Part shown: piece after piece, positions 11,495-22,765 of the stretch
Layout of the letters: the number at the start of each line of letters is the position of its first letter
Position numbering within the stretch: the stretch's first letter is position 1
Source: Sphaeroforma arctica JP610
Lineage: Eukaryota
Length of the DNA: 34,932 nucleotides
Reading direction: 5' to 3'
Assembly (NCBI RefSeq): GCF_001186125.1
Contig: NW_014039963.1
Location: forward strand, 1 to 34,932
Notes under the pieces: generated by a model
What the model was told of the DNA's origin: nothing
The model's database searches: none
What the model saw: only the letters and a program-made list of their open reading frames with translations
Made by a program: the position numbers and the translations under genes

Positions 11495-12720
11495 ATGGTT
11501 GACGAGAAGGATAATCCAGCTGATACTGGGCAATCTCTCTGGAGATATGTGAGAGGGGAGCCGATGACGACACTTATGGATCGAGGGGATTACGTCAGGG
11601 GTACCAAGGCTTATGAGTTTTAGGCGAAGAAAGAAGGGTCCCGCCCAGCGATGGCTCTTGTAAATGAGGTTACCCTGGAGACGAAGTCGGAACTAGAGGG
11701 CTATATCAGCAATACTGTTATTGAGACGAAGGATCTGTACATCACGGCTGCAGCATTGTATCCAGCGTTTAAGGACCCATTTGGAGTGAGTGGAACCCAG
11801 GTGGATTTTGCGAAGGCAATAGGAGGGTGGGGATTCAAGCCTGAAAAGGTTATTGAGCATCTTCGTGAGATTTATTACTATGGTGCGAAAGCTGAAGCAA
11901 AGAAAGTGCTCCCAGAATGGTATCCATCTACTGAGGTGCCTTCTGAGGACGACCAGAGCAAACGTGAGACTGAGGAGGAAGTCGCTAAGGACAGTGACAG
12001 CTATGACAGCAGGGAAAGTAGCGACAGTGAGGATGAGGATGCTAAGAGGAAGAAAATAGTGCCTGCAGTGAAGGCTGCTACAGTAGGGAAGAAGGCTGAT
12101 GTATCAGACAAGACAAGGGCAGCAGCTAAGTTGAAGATAGCGGCTAGGAAGCAACGGCGTGACTATGATGCTTTGTGCAAGGTGATTCTTAGGAATGCTA
12201 AAAAGGCGAATCAGCATGGGGCACGCTGGATGGTTCCTATGCTGAGGGATGATGACTATGTGCATATGCTACTTAAATTGGCAAATGATGTGAGCTCTAA
12301 GGATGTAGTGATGGAGGGTTTAAAAGGATTGACTGAACGGTGTATAAGTCTGTTGAAAACCTTATTTGCGAGTCGCAAATCGGAAAAGAACATGGTTCTA
12401 AGAATGTTTGAGGCAGGAGGGTTGGGGCAGGTGCTGAAGTAATTGTCTGAGATGAGAGAAGACGACATAGCGCGTCAAGAAGAGAGGAGGGACCAAGCGG
12501 GCTAGAGACATCAGGCGAGGGTAGCCGCGAGAGCAGGACATTTGCAAGCAGCAGCAGCTAGATAGAAGTCCAGGGTTTCAGGGATGACAGGTCTGAGAGG
12601 GGCGTGCTTGTTTTGCAAGCAGGATGGTCACTATGTGAAAGAGTGTCGTGTGTTGAAAGGCGTGGTGTGTCATACGTGTAGCAAGAGAGGTCATACTGCG
12701 AGATTCTGTCCTACAACACG
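11495..12720 (+). pseudogene. gag: Outer element gag with two CCHC zinc knuckles (disrupted)
   Basis: ORF 11651-12442 plus downstream CLFCKQDGHYVKEC and CHTCSKRGHTARFC at about 12605-12710, separated by stops or frameshifts. Confidence 0.75.
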
Positions 12721-12831
12721 ATTCAGGGTAATGTATTGGCAGTAGCGTCTGAGGAGGTGCGTATGAAAGCAGATGGGACACCTGAATTGTGACATGCGGC
12801 AGCGGTTAGTTATGAAGGACCAGGCCAACCG

Positions 12832-15800
12832 TTGATCTATAGTTATGTGGAGAGTGAACAGTGTTATGTCGATATGTTTGTTGATCAAGGCGCCGATATG
12901 TTTGTTGATCAAGGCGCCGATATGTCGATGATTTCTAAGGGTTTGGCAGAGCGTCTGGGGCTGGCTGCTCAGTATGATTTCTGGGGAGAGTGGGTTACGG
13001 GATTTGGTGCTCCGCTTTATGTGGAATACAAGGTGCGAGATGTTGAGGTTGTTTTGCCTACTTTAATAGGAAAAAGGTGGGTTAAGTTGGATATGTGGGT
13101 TATGGATTGGATTCCACACAATGCGGGTATGTTGTTAGGTAGACGTGAATTGAACGGGTATGGATTAACTGGGGCAGTACTCACTAGGTAAGGGGTGACT
13201 AAGTATACACTGCTTCCGGCTGAGGTGGTAAGAGAGAAGCCATCAAATTTTAAGAACTGGTTGAACAAAGAGACGTCTGAGCCGGTGTTAGATTATATTC
13301 AGCATATGGCGGCGCCGTTATTATATCAGCGAGCAGAACAGGTAACACCCATTTGATAGTATGCAAGATGATGGGGGTTATGATTCAGTTTATGAAAGTG
13401 ATGGATCCGGGGGTGAGGACGATTATCTAATGTTCGATACAAGTGGCTTGGAACTGTTGGCTGAAGAACTGGGGAAGTCTACGGAAGAATTGGCAGAGTT
13501 GGTGGCGGCAATAGGAGGGTGGCGTACAATGACAAGAAACCGAAGTTTGTGAAGGATCGGATGCTTAAGCTTCAGATCAAAGAAGGAAGGGCGCCTTTGG
13601 GACAAGTATATGCGGAGAAAGATGTGCGGCTTATAGAAGTGATGAAGAAGAAGGTGCAACTATTGCTTGAAGCTGGGTTGATAGAGAGGGTGCAAGGTAC
13701 GGATTGGCTTACAGTGCCGAAACTTGTGCCTAAAGTTCCGGGTAGTAATCCCAGTTATGAGAAACCCAAGGATTGGAGGATGTGCATACTAAACCCCTAA
13801 ACCCTAAAAACCCCAAAAACCCTATACCCTATACCTTAAAACGTACGAATTATCAGCTAAATTCGAGTACATTACCGATACTAACAGAAGATGAATTTCT
13901 GGCAACAGTTAGGGAGCGCAAGTGGAGAACCAATGTGGATGCTGGAAATGGTTTCGGGCAGTTAATGATAGAGCCTGGTAGTCGAGGGGTTATTGTATTT
14001 TTGACGCCCTGGGGAGAGAGATTCCAATTTATTGGGATGCCGTTTGGTTTGAAGGAAGCATCATTTGTGTTCTAACAACTAATGGATGAGACATTGGAGG
14101 AAATTAAAGGAATCAAGACATACATTGATGATACCGCGTTAGGTTCGGATGATCCAGCTGAGCATTGGGATGGTATTGTGGAGATGATCAGACGCTTTAA
14201 GGCGAAATGAATACAGTTGCGGCTGTCAAAATGATTTCGCGTATTGAGAAGATTCTATAGTCGTGATGGGTCGAGAGGTTACAGATAAGGGTTCGATGAT
14301 AAGTGAAGTAAAGCTTCAGGCGTTTATTAGATATGCCCAGGCCTAAACCCAAGGCCGAAGTCAGGATTAGTGTTTTGGATGGTGAGCGAGATACGTTCCA
14401 AATTTCTCAAATGTGTTGGCTCCGATTAGTGATTTGACTAAGAAGAAGGTACGGTTCCAGTGGGGTCCTGAGCAGGAGAAGGCTTTTCAGCCGGCTCGGA
14501 AGATTTTAAAGGCGAAGACAGTCTTGGTAGAACCTAGACAAGAGGAGCAACTTAAGTTGCAGACAGATGCGTCGAATTCGGATATAGGTGCTTGCTTATG
14601 TGTGGGAAGAGATGGAGAATGGCTTCCTGTGGGCTTTGTGAGTCCCAAGATAGATTTCCATGCTAATTTGTCTCCGACAGATAGAGAGTTCATAGCGCTA
14701 GCATATGGGTTTTTGAAGTTTGCGGGTTTGATTAGGAGATCGCACGAGGTACTTATAGTAGCGATAGATCATCAGCCAGTTCACGTCGGATCCAGTGGGT
14801 AAGAGACGGTAAGGAATGTTGTGTATGTACGATCGTTTGATATGGATCTACGGTACCTGGAAGGGTCAAAGAACAAAGTTGCGGATGGACTTGGTCGTGA
14901 TCCTATTATGGTGCCTGTGTCGGTAGAGGGTGTTAAGTTCGCTGCATGTGCAAAAATGGGTCTGCCAGAGATTGATGAAGGTGTGGATTTGTCATTTGAT
15001 AAAGTCCGTAAGAGTGTAGAAGACAGGAGGGTCCGGCTGGCGGTGGTTAAAAAGAAGCTGCGAGTGTTAGATGAGAGTCTTGATGACAAGGTCAGTGCCG
15101 GCTTCAAGGTTCGTGTGGGTTTATTGTATCAGCAGGTTACTGCAGTGATGGAGAGAGGTATTACTAAGATGTGGGATCCGGATGTAATGGCTAGCAAAGA
15201 GTTTAAGTGTATTGGTCTAAGTGTATGGTCAGAACTTGTTCAGCCTTTGCAAGAGTATGTTATTACGCTGGTGCATCAGACTTTAGCGCATGCTGGGGTA
15301 GATAGGATATGGGAGTTCCTGAAGGTTAAGTATGGAGAAAAAGTGCTGCGTTCGCAGGTTGTGAAGGTTTTAAAGAGTTGTGTTGCGTGTCAATAATTTG
15401 AGGGGCTTCGTAGGACTACAGGGTTGTTAATGCAGTCTGAGAGGCCGAAAGATGTTGCAGTGTGTATAGACATGTATCATTTGACCTTACCAAGGACAGT
15501 TCACGGTTTCGAAGGTATAGTAGTGGCCATATATCATTTTTCGAGGATGGTGTGGTGTCGGCCATACACGTTGGAAAAGAAGAATACTAAAGGGGTATTA
15601 AAGGTTTTTCTACAACAAGTGTTGCCTTAGAGTACACCTAAGAAGGTAGTGATGGATGAGGGTGGTCCGTTTGCTTCAGCCGATATGAAACGTTTATGGG
15701 CAGTGAGAGGTACAGAATGTCATTACGTATCAGTAAATAGGCATCAGGGCAATGGTAGGCAGAGAGGGTCATGCTTACGATTTTGGGTTGACTTGCTAAG

Positions 15801-16290
15801 AGCTTGTCGGTTGGGGAGAAAACCTTATGGCCAGCATATATATATATATTCAGTTATGTTGGCGTACAATGCGACAGTGAATTCGGCCACGGGTATCAGC
15901 TCATACTATCATGTTACGGGCCGGCATTATACGGGGCAGGTTGATAGAGTAATTCAGGCGAAGTTGTTAGAGATGATAGGTTCTGAGCTTCTGAGTGAAG
16001 CTGCTGTGCGGGATAGATCGATGGCCATTAGAAATGAAGTAGCGGAGGAGGCGCAGGCAAAGGCGGCAGACAAGAATAAAAAAGAGGCACCAGATTGGCA
16101 GCCAGGGCAGTTGGTTTGGTATACTGGTAGGTCGAAGGATAGTAAGTTGGCGAAAACCTACTTAGTGAGAGGCACGATTGTTATGAGGGAGCACTTACAA
16201 GGGATGTACAAGGTCAGAATCAATGGGAAGGTTAAGTTAATACATGTGGATCAGCTTAAGGTGAGGTTAGAGGATCCGAAGCATGTTTGA
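12832..16290 (+). pseudogene. pol: Outer element pol (protease, RT, RNase H, integrase), fragmented
   Basis: FVDQGAD...LLGR protease; DWRMC, VDAGNGFGQL, MPFGL and YIDD (14121-14132) RT; LQTDAS, EFIAL, IDHQP, NKVADGLGR RNase H; H..LAH...CVAC zinc finger; CID, MDEGGPF, HQGNG integrase core. Many stops and frameshifts. Confidence 0.88.
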
Positions 16291-16543
16291 TCTGGCTCTA
16301 CAATTATACTGGTGAAATTGAAATGGTGGCAGTAATGCAATAAACAAAGATGGGGAGGACTTGGTTATATGCCATGAATTCAGTTTTTTGGTATATATGT
16401 TGATACGATAGTCGATGCGGCGAAGCGAGGTGAGAGTAAGGGCGTCGTAGCAGATACTTTGGATTTGGCTATGAAGCATCACTTCAATAAGAATAGGTGG
16501 AACAAGTTGCAGATGTTCTTTCAGGTTCCGAGGGATCCGATTT

Positions 16544-17355
16544 TGTAAGATTCGGTCTAATAAAGACGATACTAATGCCTTAGAATAAATAAACGCGTAG
16601 ATAAATTCTAAATATCGTGTAAATATCGATATAAATAAACGAAATGAGACGTATAATAAAGTTACGTTTGCCTCGTGAAAACAGTAATACTCTGAGGGAT
16701 TGTGAGGCTGAGACATTGCCTATATATAATCCTCTCAGTACTGTTTCCGCCGAAGGGATTTTATTTAGTGTTTCGTTGTCGCTCTATTCTGGGGCGAATC
16801 CGAAAGACTCATAAAATCCTATCTTTAGAAAAAATATATATAAAAAATAAAAATACTCTTGACGTTCTTAGTTATTGTCTTAACCAATAACTTGCCACTA
16901 TCAAGAATTACCGACTTAGCCTTCATCAGACTGGCACATCTGGTTGGCTTATCGGAGGATCAACTAGGTAACGTTAATAGTCTCTAGAAACCTATATTCG
17001 GTTGAGCCATCTCGCTACCGAAGTATCCACACATAAATAAAATTGGAAAGTAAATAAAGCTCTATTAATAGAACTAGACCAACTCTTTTATGTTTGGTAT
17101 TTTACTGGCCTTTTAATGGCCTCATCCAAATATCTGATATGTCAAATGGAAAAGGTTTAATTAATAAAACCATTAAACCCCATTTTAGGAAACTTAAGTT
17201 CATCGTGCTATTAAGAGCACATTTAGGAGACTCAAGTTCCTCGTACTATTAAGAATACATATAGGAAACTTAAATTCTCGTACTATTAAGAGTACGTTTA
17301 TAATTTGCGTATACGTTTATACATAGAGTCTAATGTGGAGGCCCGGCTTATTACA
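16544..17355 (-). repeat. 3' LTR of inner element
   Basis: Matches 22766-23521; three ~38-bp U3 repeats at about 17184-17295. Confidence 0.92.
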
Positions 17356-17370
17356 CAGCCTCCACCCAGC
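17356..17370 (-). other. Polypurine tract of inner element
   Basis: Minus strand reads GCTGGGTGGAGGCTG immediately before the 3' LTR. Confidence 0.65.
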
Positions 17371-17747
17371 TTTGAGACCCAAGAGAANNNNNNNNNNNNN
17401 NNNNNNNNNNNNNNNNNNNNNNNNNNNNNNNNNNNNNNNNNNNNNNNNNNNNNNNNNNNNNNNNNNNNNNNNNNNNNNNNNNNNNNNNNNNNNNNNNNNN
17501 NNNNNNNNNNNNNNNNNNNNNNNNNNNNNNATGTTCTCGGTTACCCTGTGAGTTTTGGGCTTAGGTCCAGTAGGTCCGTGGTGGTCGACTGGACGTTTCT
17601 TACTCTTCAGTGTCTTAAGCACATATAAAGGATGAGCATTAAGGCTCGGGATAAATGCTGTAGGCGGATAAGTTTTAACTTCCGCTCCTTCAAACGATGG
17701 AAACATGCTATCTTTTTCAGCTTGTGACTTATGCAGGCGTTTACGCC

Positions 17748-17890
17748 ATTTTCGATTAAAGGCTTTTAAATAGTTTTGGTTATCGAAAGCATCTGAAGTC
17801 AACTCAGCTATTGTACCGTCTATAAAGCGTGTACGATAGTATGTATAGCCTCCCTTATCCGTTCTCCATATAATGTCTTTAAATTCAGAA
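17748..17890 (-). pseudogene. Divergent chromodomain at the integrase C-terminus
   Basis: Manual translation SEFKDIIWRTDKGGYTYYRTRFIDGTIAELTSDAFDNQNYLKAFNRK follows the chromodomain pattern (E..I...G...Y...W/F.G...F.N...L..F), downstream of the GPY motif (KWIGPYII). Confidence 0.55.
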
Positions 17891-20800
17891 CGATCAAGAG
17901 GGGCATTAGAATGCGAGTATAATCTCTGTAGTCGGAATACGACTTGTGCCTATATTAAGCGCATTAGAACCATCGGGGTTACTTACCTCGTACGTTCCAC
18001 TTTTAGTGTCTGCTACAGAGATTATGTATGGACCTATCCATTTAGATGTTAATACAGTAGCATCGGAATTACGTTGACGGATGTTAACTCTGTCACCAAC
18101 CTGACACTCTGCTATCTTCTTGGTAGTGTTCCAACGTATTTGCCTTTTTAATAAGGCTACATTGCTTATTTCTCGCAAGCAAGGATATACAACGTTGTAA
18201 ATACGTTGGACCTTCTCTAACCATGGTAACTCATGGTGATCGGGTTCGTCCTTGTTAAAAGGGATTTGTAACTCACTATATCGGCCACGAAAATAATGAG
18301 CGGGTGTAGTTCCTGTAACCGGATCAGCACACTCGTTCATCTGTGTTTGTACCCACTTAAAGTGGTACGGCCAATCATCTGCATCATCCGTTATTGCAGT
18401 ACGCAAGAAGAACTTAAGTCTTCTATGGCGCGTTTCATTCGCGCCTTGCGTTTGCGGCTTATATGGCACACCTCTCTTATGGCATATTTCTGATACGAGT
18501 ACTAGCGATTCCATAACGTCATCGCAGAACTCACTACCATTATCAGTGCACATAATACCCGGCCACCCGTGGTCAGCAAAGACTTGGCAACATAATTCTG
18601 CCACGGTCTGCGTATTCTTATCCTTTAATGGATAGAGCAAGTTAAACCGTGACGCCACATCAAAGAAGTGGCATACGTAACGGTCGCCTGTGTGCTCGGA
18701 CGTGGGCAGGTCAACCAGATCATGGAACATCTTCAGTCACACTCTTAAGCGGTGCGAAACCATAGCGCTTGATCTGATTGAGATCACAGTCTGTGCATGA
18801 CTGATATACTTTGTCAACTAAAGTTGCCAGCTTAGGATGCGCGATCCCATGTCGTTTAGCATCTTTAAGTGCTTCTACTACGTTCTGGTGCTTCAGCTTA
18901 TGATGTTGCTTTAGCCAAGCAAGAATGTTTTCATCATTCTGCTCTTCCAGAATAAAGGTAAGGTGTTGAGAATCCACCTGACTTATTAAATAGTCGCGTT
19001 ATATGTGTATACGCTTCAGGATTGTCTTTCATTAATCCCTTTAAAAATAAGGTTTGAAAGATCTCGGGCTTGGACTTTATGATATTAAACAGAGTCCTAG
19101 CTAGAGACTGACGCTTCTTAATAGTGTCATTAGTAGATTGTATTTCTTGTGTACAGACGTTAAATGCTGTGTTGCCTTTGAACTGCTTAACGTTCAATTG
19201 GGTAGAGAGTGGAATCTCTGATTCTTTGACCTTGTTAAGGAAGGTCTCAGAAGGGGTCCATTTGGTTGTCCCAATGGGACCTATACGACAAATAATAGTA
19301 TGTCTCCAGGGCGTCTTCTGGCCAGCTCGAGTACCCTATATAGGAAAGTATCTACTTCCCTATCTAAATATATTGGCTCGCATTGAATCATGCTGATCAA
19401 TTTATTGAACCATGGATTTTTACTCTGTAATGGGCAACACAACGTGATGGTAGCTTTATGTATATGAACATAATTTAATAGCTGGACAATTAACTGCCAT
19501 GGTGAATAGCCCACGCATTATGTTGGGATAGGTCTATTTGAAAGGCGTCTCCCATAGGATGATTTAAAGTCCTGTAATTCGATAGTTGTGCATTATGATG
19601 TGCAGCAAACATATCTATGGTATGTGGCCCATATATCTTTTGAGCCAGTTCAAACCACCTGGGATTACTTTTCCAGTCAGTGGCTAGTAACTCATGTATG
19701 GATTTATTAAAGTCCGGTACGAAGCGTGATAACATATCCGATAAATGGTTATGTATTCCTGGCAAATGTTTTATATCAAAATGAAATTTTGATATTGTAT
19801 CATGCCAGCGACTAAGTAATTGCGAGTCGGGGTTCATCTCTTTCATATATTGAAGAGATTTCTGATAACACATCAGCGTAAATGCTGTTCCGTATAAGTA
19901 ATCTCGGAAGTGTGGCTAATAGCTCTTGTTTAACAGTTTAATTCAACTGTGAAGCATTCATTGCTCGACTAAAGAATTGTATATATCTAGGTTTGTTATC
20001 TATAACCTGATATAATACTCCTCCTAAGGCTAAGTCTGATGCATCCGTTGCTATTTCAAACGGCACGCCATCGATTGGCCCTTGTACAACTGGTGCTTGT
20101 TTGGACTGCGTGTTTGAGCGCTTTAAATGCGTCATCACACGCTTTAGTTCACAAGTCTCCTAGTTTGAGGTTTAAGGTAGTCAGCTAAGTGTGATCTCCA
20201 TCTGTAAAGAAGTTTACAAACCCACACATGCTGTTGACATCTCTTCCTGTAGTTAGTGTTCGCCAATCTAACAGGTGTTCTACCTTACCGGGGTCGATAT
20301 TAATACCTTCCCCAGATATATGGTAGCCTAAGAGCTGTATTTCGCTCACTGCGAAGTGGCATTTCTTCTCGTTAATCTTGAATTTTTGCTCATTGAGTCT
20401 CTTAAGAACTCGTCCGACTAATGCGGCATGTTCGCCTGTAGTCTTAGAAAAGATGACTATATCGTCTATATAGACTTGCACGTTAGGTATGTCTGCAAAC
20501 ATTTTCTTCCGTTACTTGTTGGAAGAAATCCTTCGCAATAGCTTGATAATACGAGGTAAGTGAAAGCTATGAGTCGGCAATAATTTATTTATTGGACTCA
20601 TATCTAAACATACTCTGACTTTCTTAAACGATCCGTGAGAGTTATGTTGGTCTACGGCTAGCAGTGCCAAGCTAACTGGCGTTTGTTGATAGTTAATTTC
20701 TATCACACCATCTGCTAGCCATTTCTCAACTTGTTCTTTTACAACAGCCTCGTGTCTCCAGGATACATAGTTCCTTGAGGGACACTTTAACTATGTAAAG

Positions 20801-21320
20801 TCTACCTTGGTTAAGTCAAGGCTGACATATCCGTCGTTAAAGCGGTTTTTTTCCCAATCTGTGATCTTTATTTTCTTATTAACAAGAATTAGATCCATGA
20901 TTTTGTCCGCAAAGTCAGGTATTAATGCCATAACCGTGTCTGACGGGGGCTTATATGGATTCAGACAATTATCGTCTGATTGATCCTTTAATGGATCTAT
21001 GTAAGTTGGTAGACTATTTACAGTTAAACCTAGAGTGAGTAAATCACTCATTCCGACTATAATGTCGTACTTCTGTGACATCTTAACTATCACAGTTTGA
21101 TTAGTGATACTCCTCGGCCAGGGAGATTTTAACATCTGTGGCGACGGTATCACACGTAGCAGTTTTATCATCAGCTAAAATGAGATGAGTGGTTTGTGTT
21201 CTCCTATCGATATCTTTCATTAATGCAAAGCGATCGGATATACATGAAATTTCTGAACCAGGATCAATCAACGCAAGGATTTTATTTCCATTGCAATATA
21301 CAGGAATAATTACACGCTCA
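17891..21320 (-). pseudogene. pol: Inner element pol: protease, RT, RNase H, MTase insert, integrase (fragmented)
   Basis: ILALIDPGSEISC protease near 21240-21285; KVRVCLD and VYIDDIVIFS...LLGY RT; IATDASD.ALGGVLYQ and HLPG..N.LSDMLSR RNase H; HH..KH...CTDC zinc finger; DLVDL, DVASRF, TDNGSEF, PQTQGANE DDE integrase; GPY motif. Confidence 0.9.
19280..19680 (-). pseudogene. DIRS-type DNA N6-adenine methyltransferase (Dam-like) domain within pol, frameshifted
   Basis: DWKSNPRWFELAQKIYGPHTIDMFAAHHNAQLSNY...DAFQIDL...NAWA/(S)PWQLIVQLLNYV....ATITLCCP....PWFNKL.....P..L....DTF/...PWRHTIICRI, matching the DIRS MTase pattern DW...F......GP..IDLFA...N.QL..Y...DAF...ANPPW.LI..VL...P.W...PWF. Confidence 0.8.
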
Positions 21321-21399
21321 TCTAAAGAGTCGTTGTATTGTCTGTGTAACGATTGTACCTGGTAGTACCGTCACTCCAACTTAATGTTGGGCTTTCCGT

Positions 21400-22634
21400 C
21401 ACAAGACTTAGTGTGATAATCATTTGTCTTCTCACACTTGTCACACTTAGTAAGAAAGTGTGTACAGGTGGATGCATGTCTACCATTCGAATAACCGTTA
21501 GGGGTTAACATACCTACACTGGGCGTCAGCACATTTCTTAATCTCCTTAAATGGAGGTTCCATGTCCTTCGCTCCTGCGCGTGCCCATTTATTGGGTCGC
21601 GTTGTAAAAGAGGTCTGCCTGGATACGTACCCGTGATCGGTGAGCTCCCGCGGCTTCTTAACAGCCACTTTTCCCTTCGATGTTACTCGATGTGCTGGAA
21701 AAAGAGTAGATACAGTATCATAAAATTGTTCCCATTTAAGTCGGGATAGATGAAACTTTGTTTCATATCCCTTGTCTCTAGCCTCAGTCGCGTGTTTACG
21801 TCGCAACTCGGTGTACAGATTCTCACGGTCGCTATTCCCTATGTTCTTACAGAACACATGCATAACCAGGAATTCGTACCATCGCTGTGCCTTGTCCTTT
21901 GCTATATCGGGACGTTTCAGGTCAGCGTCTAATTTCAGAATATAATTCTGAATGGGCGTGTTCTCAGCTGGTTCATTTAAAATTTAACTCAGCCCAGGGC
22001 TACGCATATCCATACTTAACAAGGATGTGACCAACCAACACACAGCTGGCCAGTCGCAACAAGCGTCTAGCTCATACAAGTCTTTCATAATAGTAGCTAA
22101 CTTATTCTTAAGAGCAGCGTATTTAGTAATTAACTTACTTATGTGCTTCGGCTTAGAAGTCTCGGACGTAGATTCGGGTTTGCTACTTGAGCTTGCCTCC
22201 TCTTCTGGTTCCATAATAGGTTCCTTCTGAGATTTGTCCTTGTCCCCTATAATTGGGAACGCCCTCATAATTGGGAACTTTCCTTTCTGATTTTTGTCAG
22301 AAGAATGGGTTGGGGCGTCTTGAGAAGTATCCCTTGTCTCACTTCTTGGCTTCGTTAATGCAAGCTTTGAAGTTGAGGCAATAGTTGGCCCTCGGGCTCT
22401 GTCAGAAGGAGTAGTCTCCTTAAGCGGAGTGGCTACTTCCTTATCTGGAGCATTGTCCTTTTGACTATAATTGTCAGAGGCAAGTACTTTGGCTACAGTG
22501 CGCTTAAATGCATCAGCAGCGGCATCGGTTGCTTTTGCAGCAGTAATAGCTGCGGCAGCGCTAGCGACTTCTCTCTCCATCTTCTTCTTTTCAGCTCTAC
22601 GCTTCTTAGAAGGAGTGTTGTATTTCTTGGTCAT
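21400..22634 (-). pseudogene. gag: Inner element gag (disrupted), with atypical Cys/His knuckles
   Basis: ORFs 21984-22634 and 21498-21863 directly after the 5' LTR, ending in CADAQC...HASTC and CDKCEKTNDYHTKSC just before the protease. Confidence 0.7.
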
Positions 22635-22765
22635 AATCTTAACTTATGACTACTAGCTTGTCTCTTAACGACTAGCTTAGACAAGAGAAAAAAATGTTGT
22701 GGTAGTTAACTTACCTTTACGCCTAAGTAGTCTAAGTAATTAATACTTTTGCTAACTTTAAAATG

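Noticed and set aside
16702..16890. 62-aa ORF with a twin at 22924-23112
   Set aside because: These are copies within the inner LTRs, with no coding evidence.
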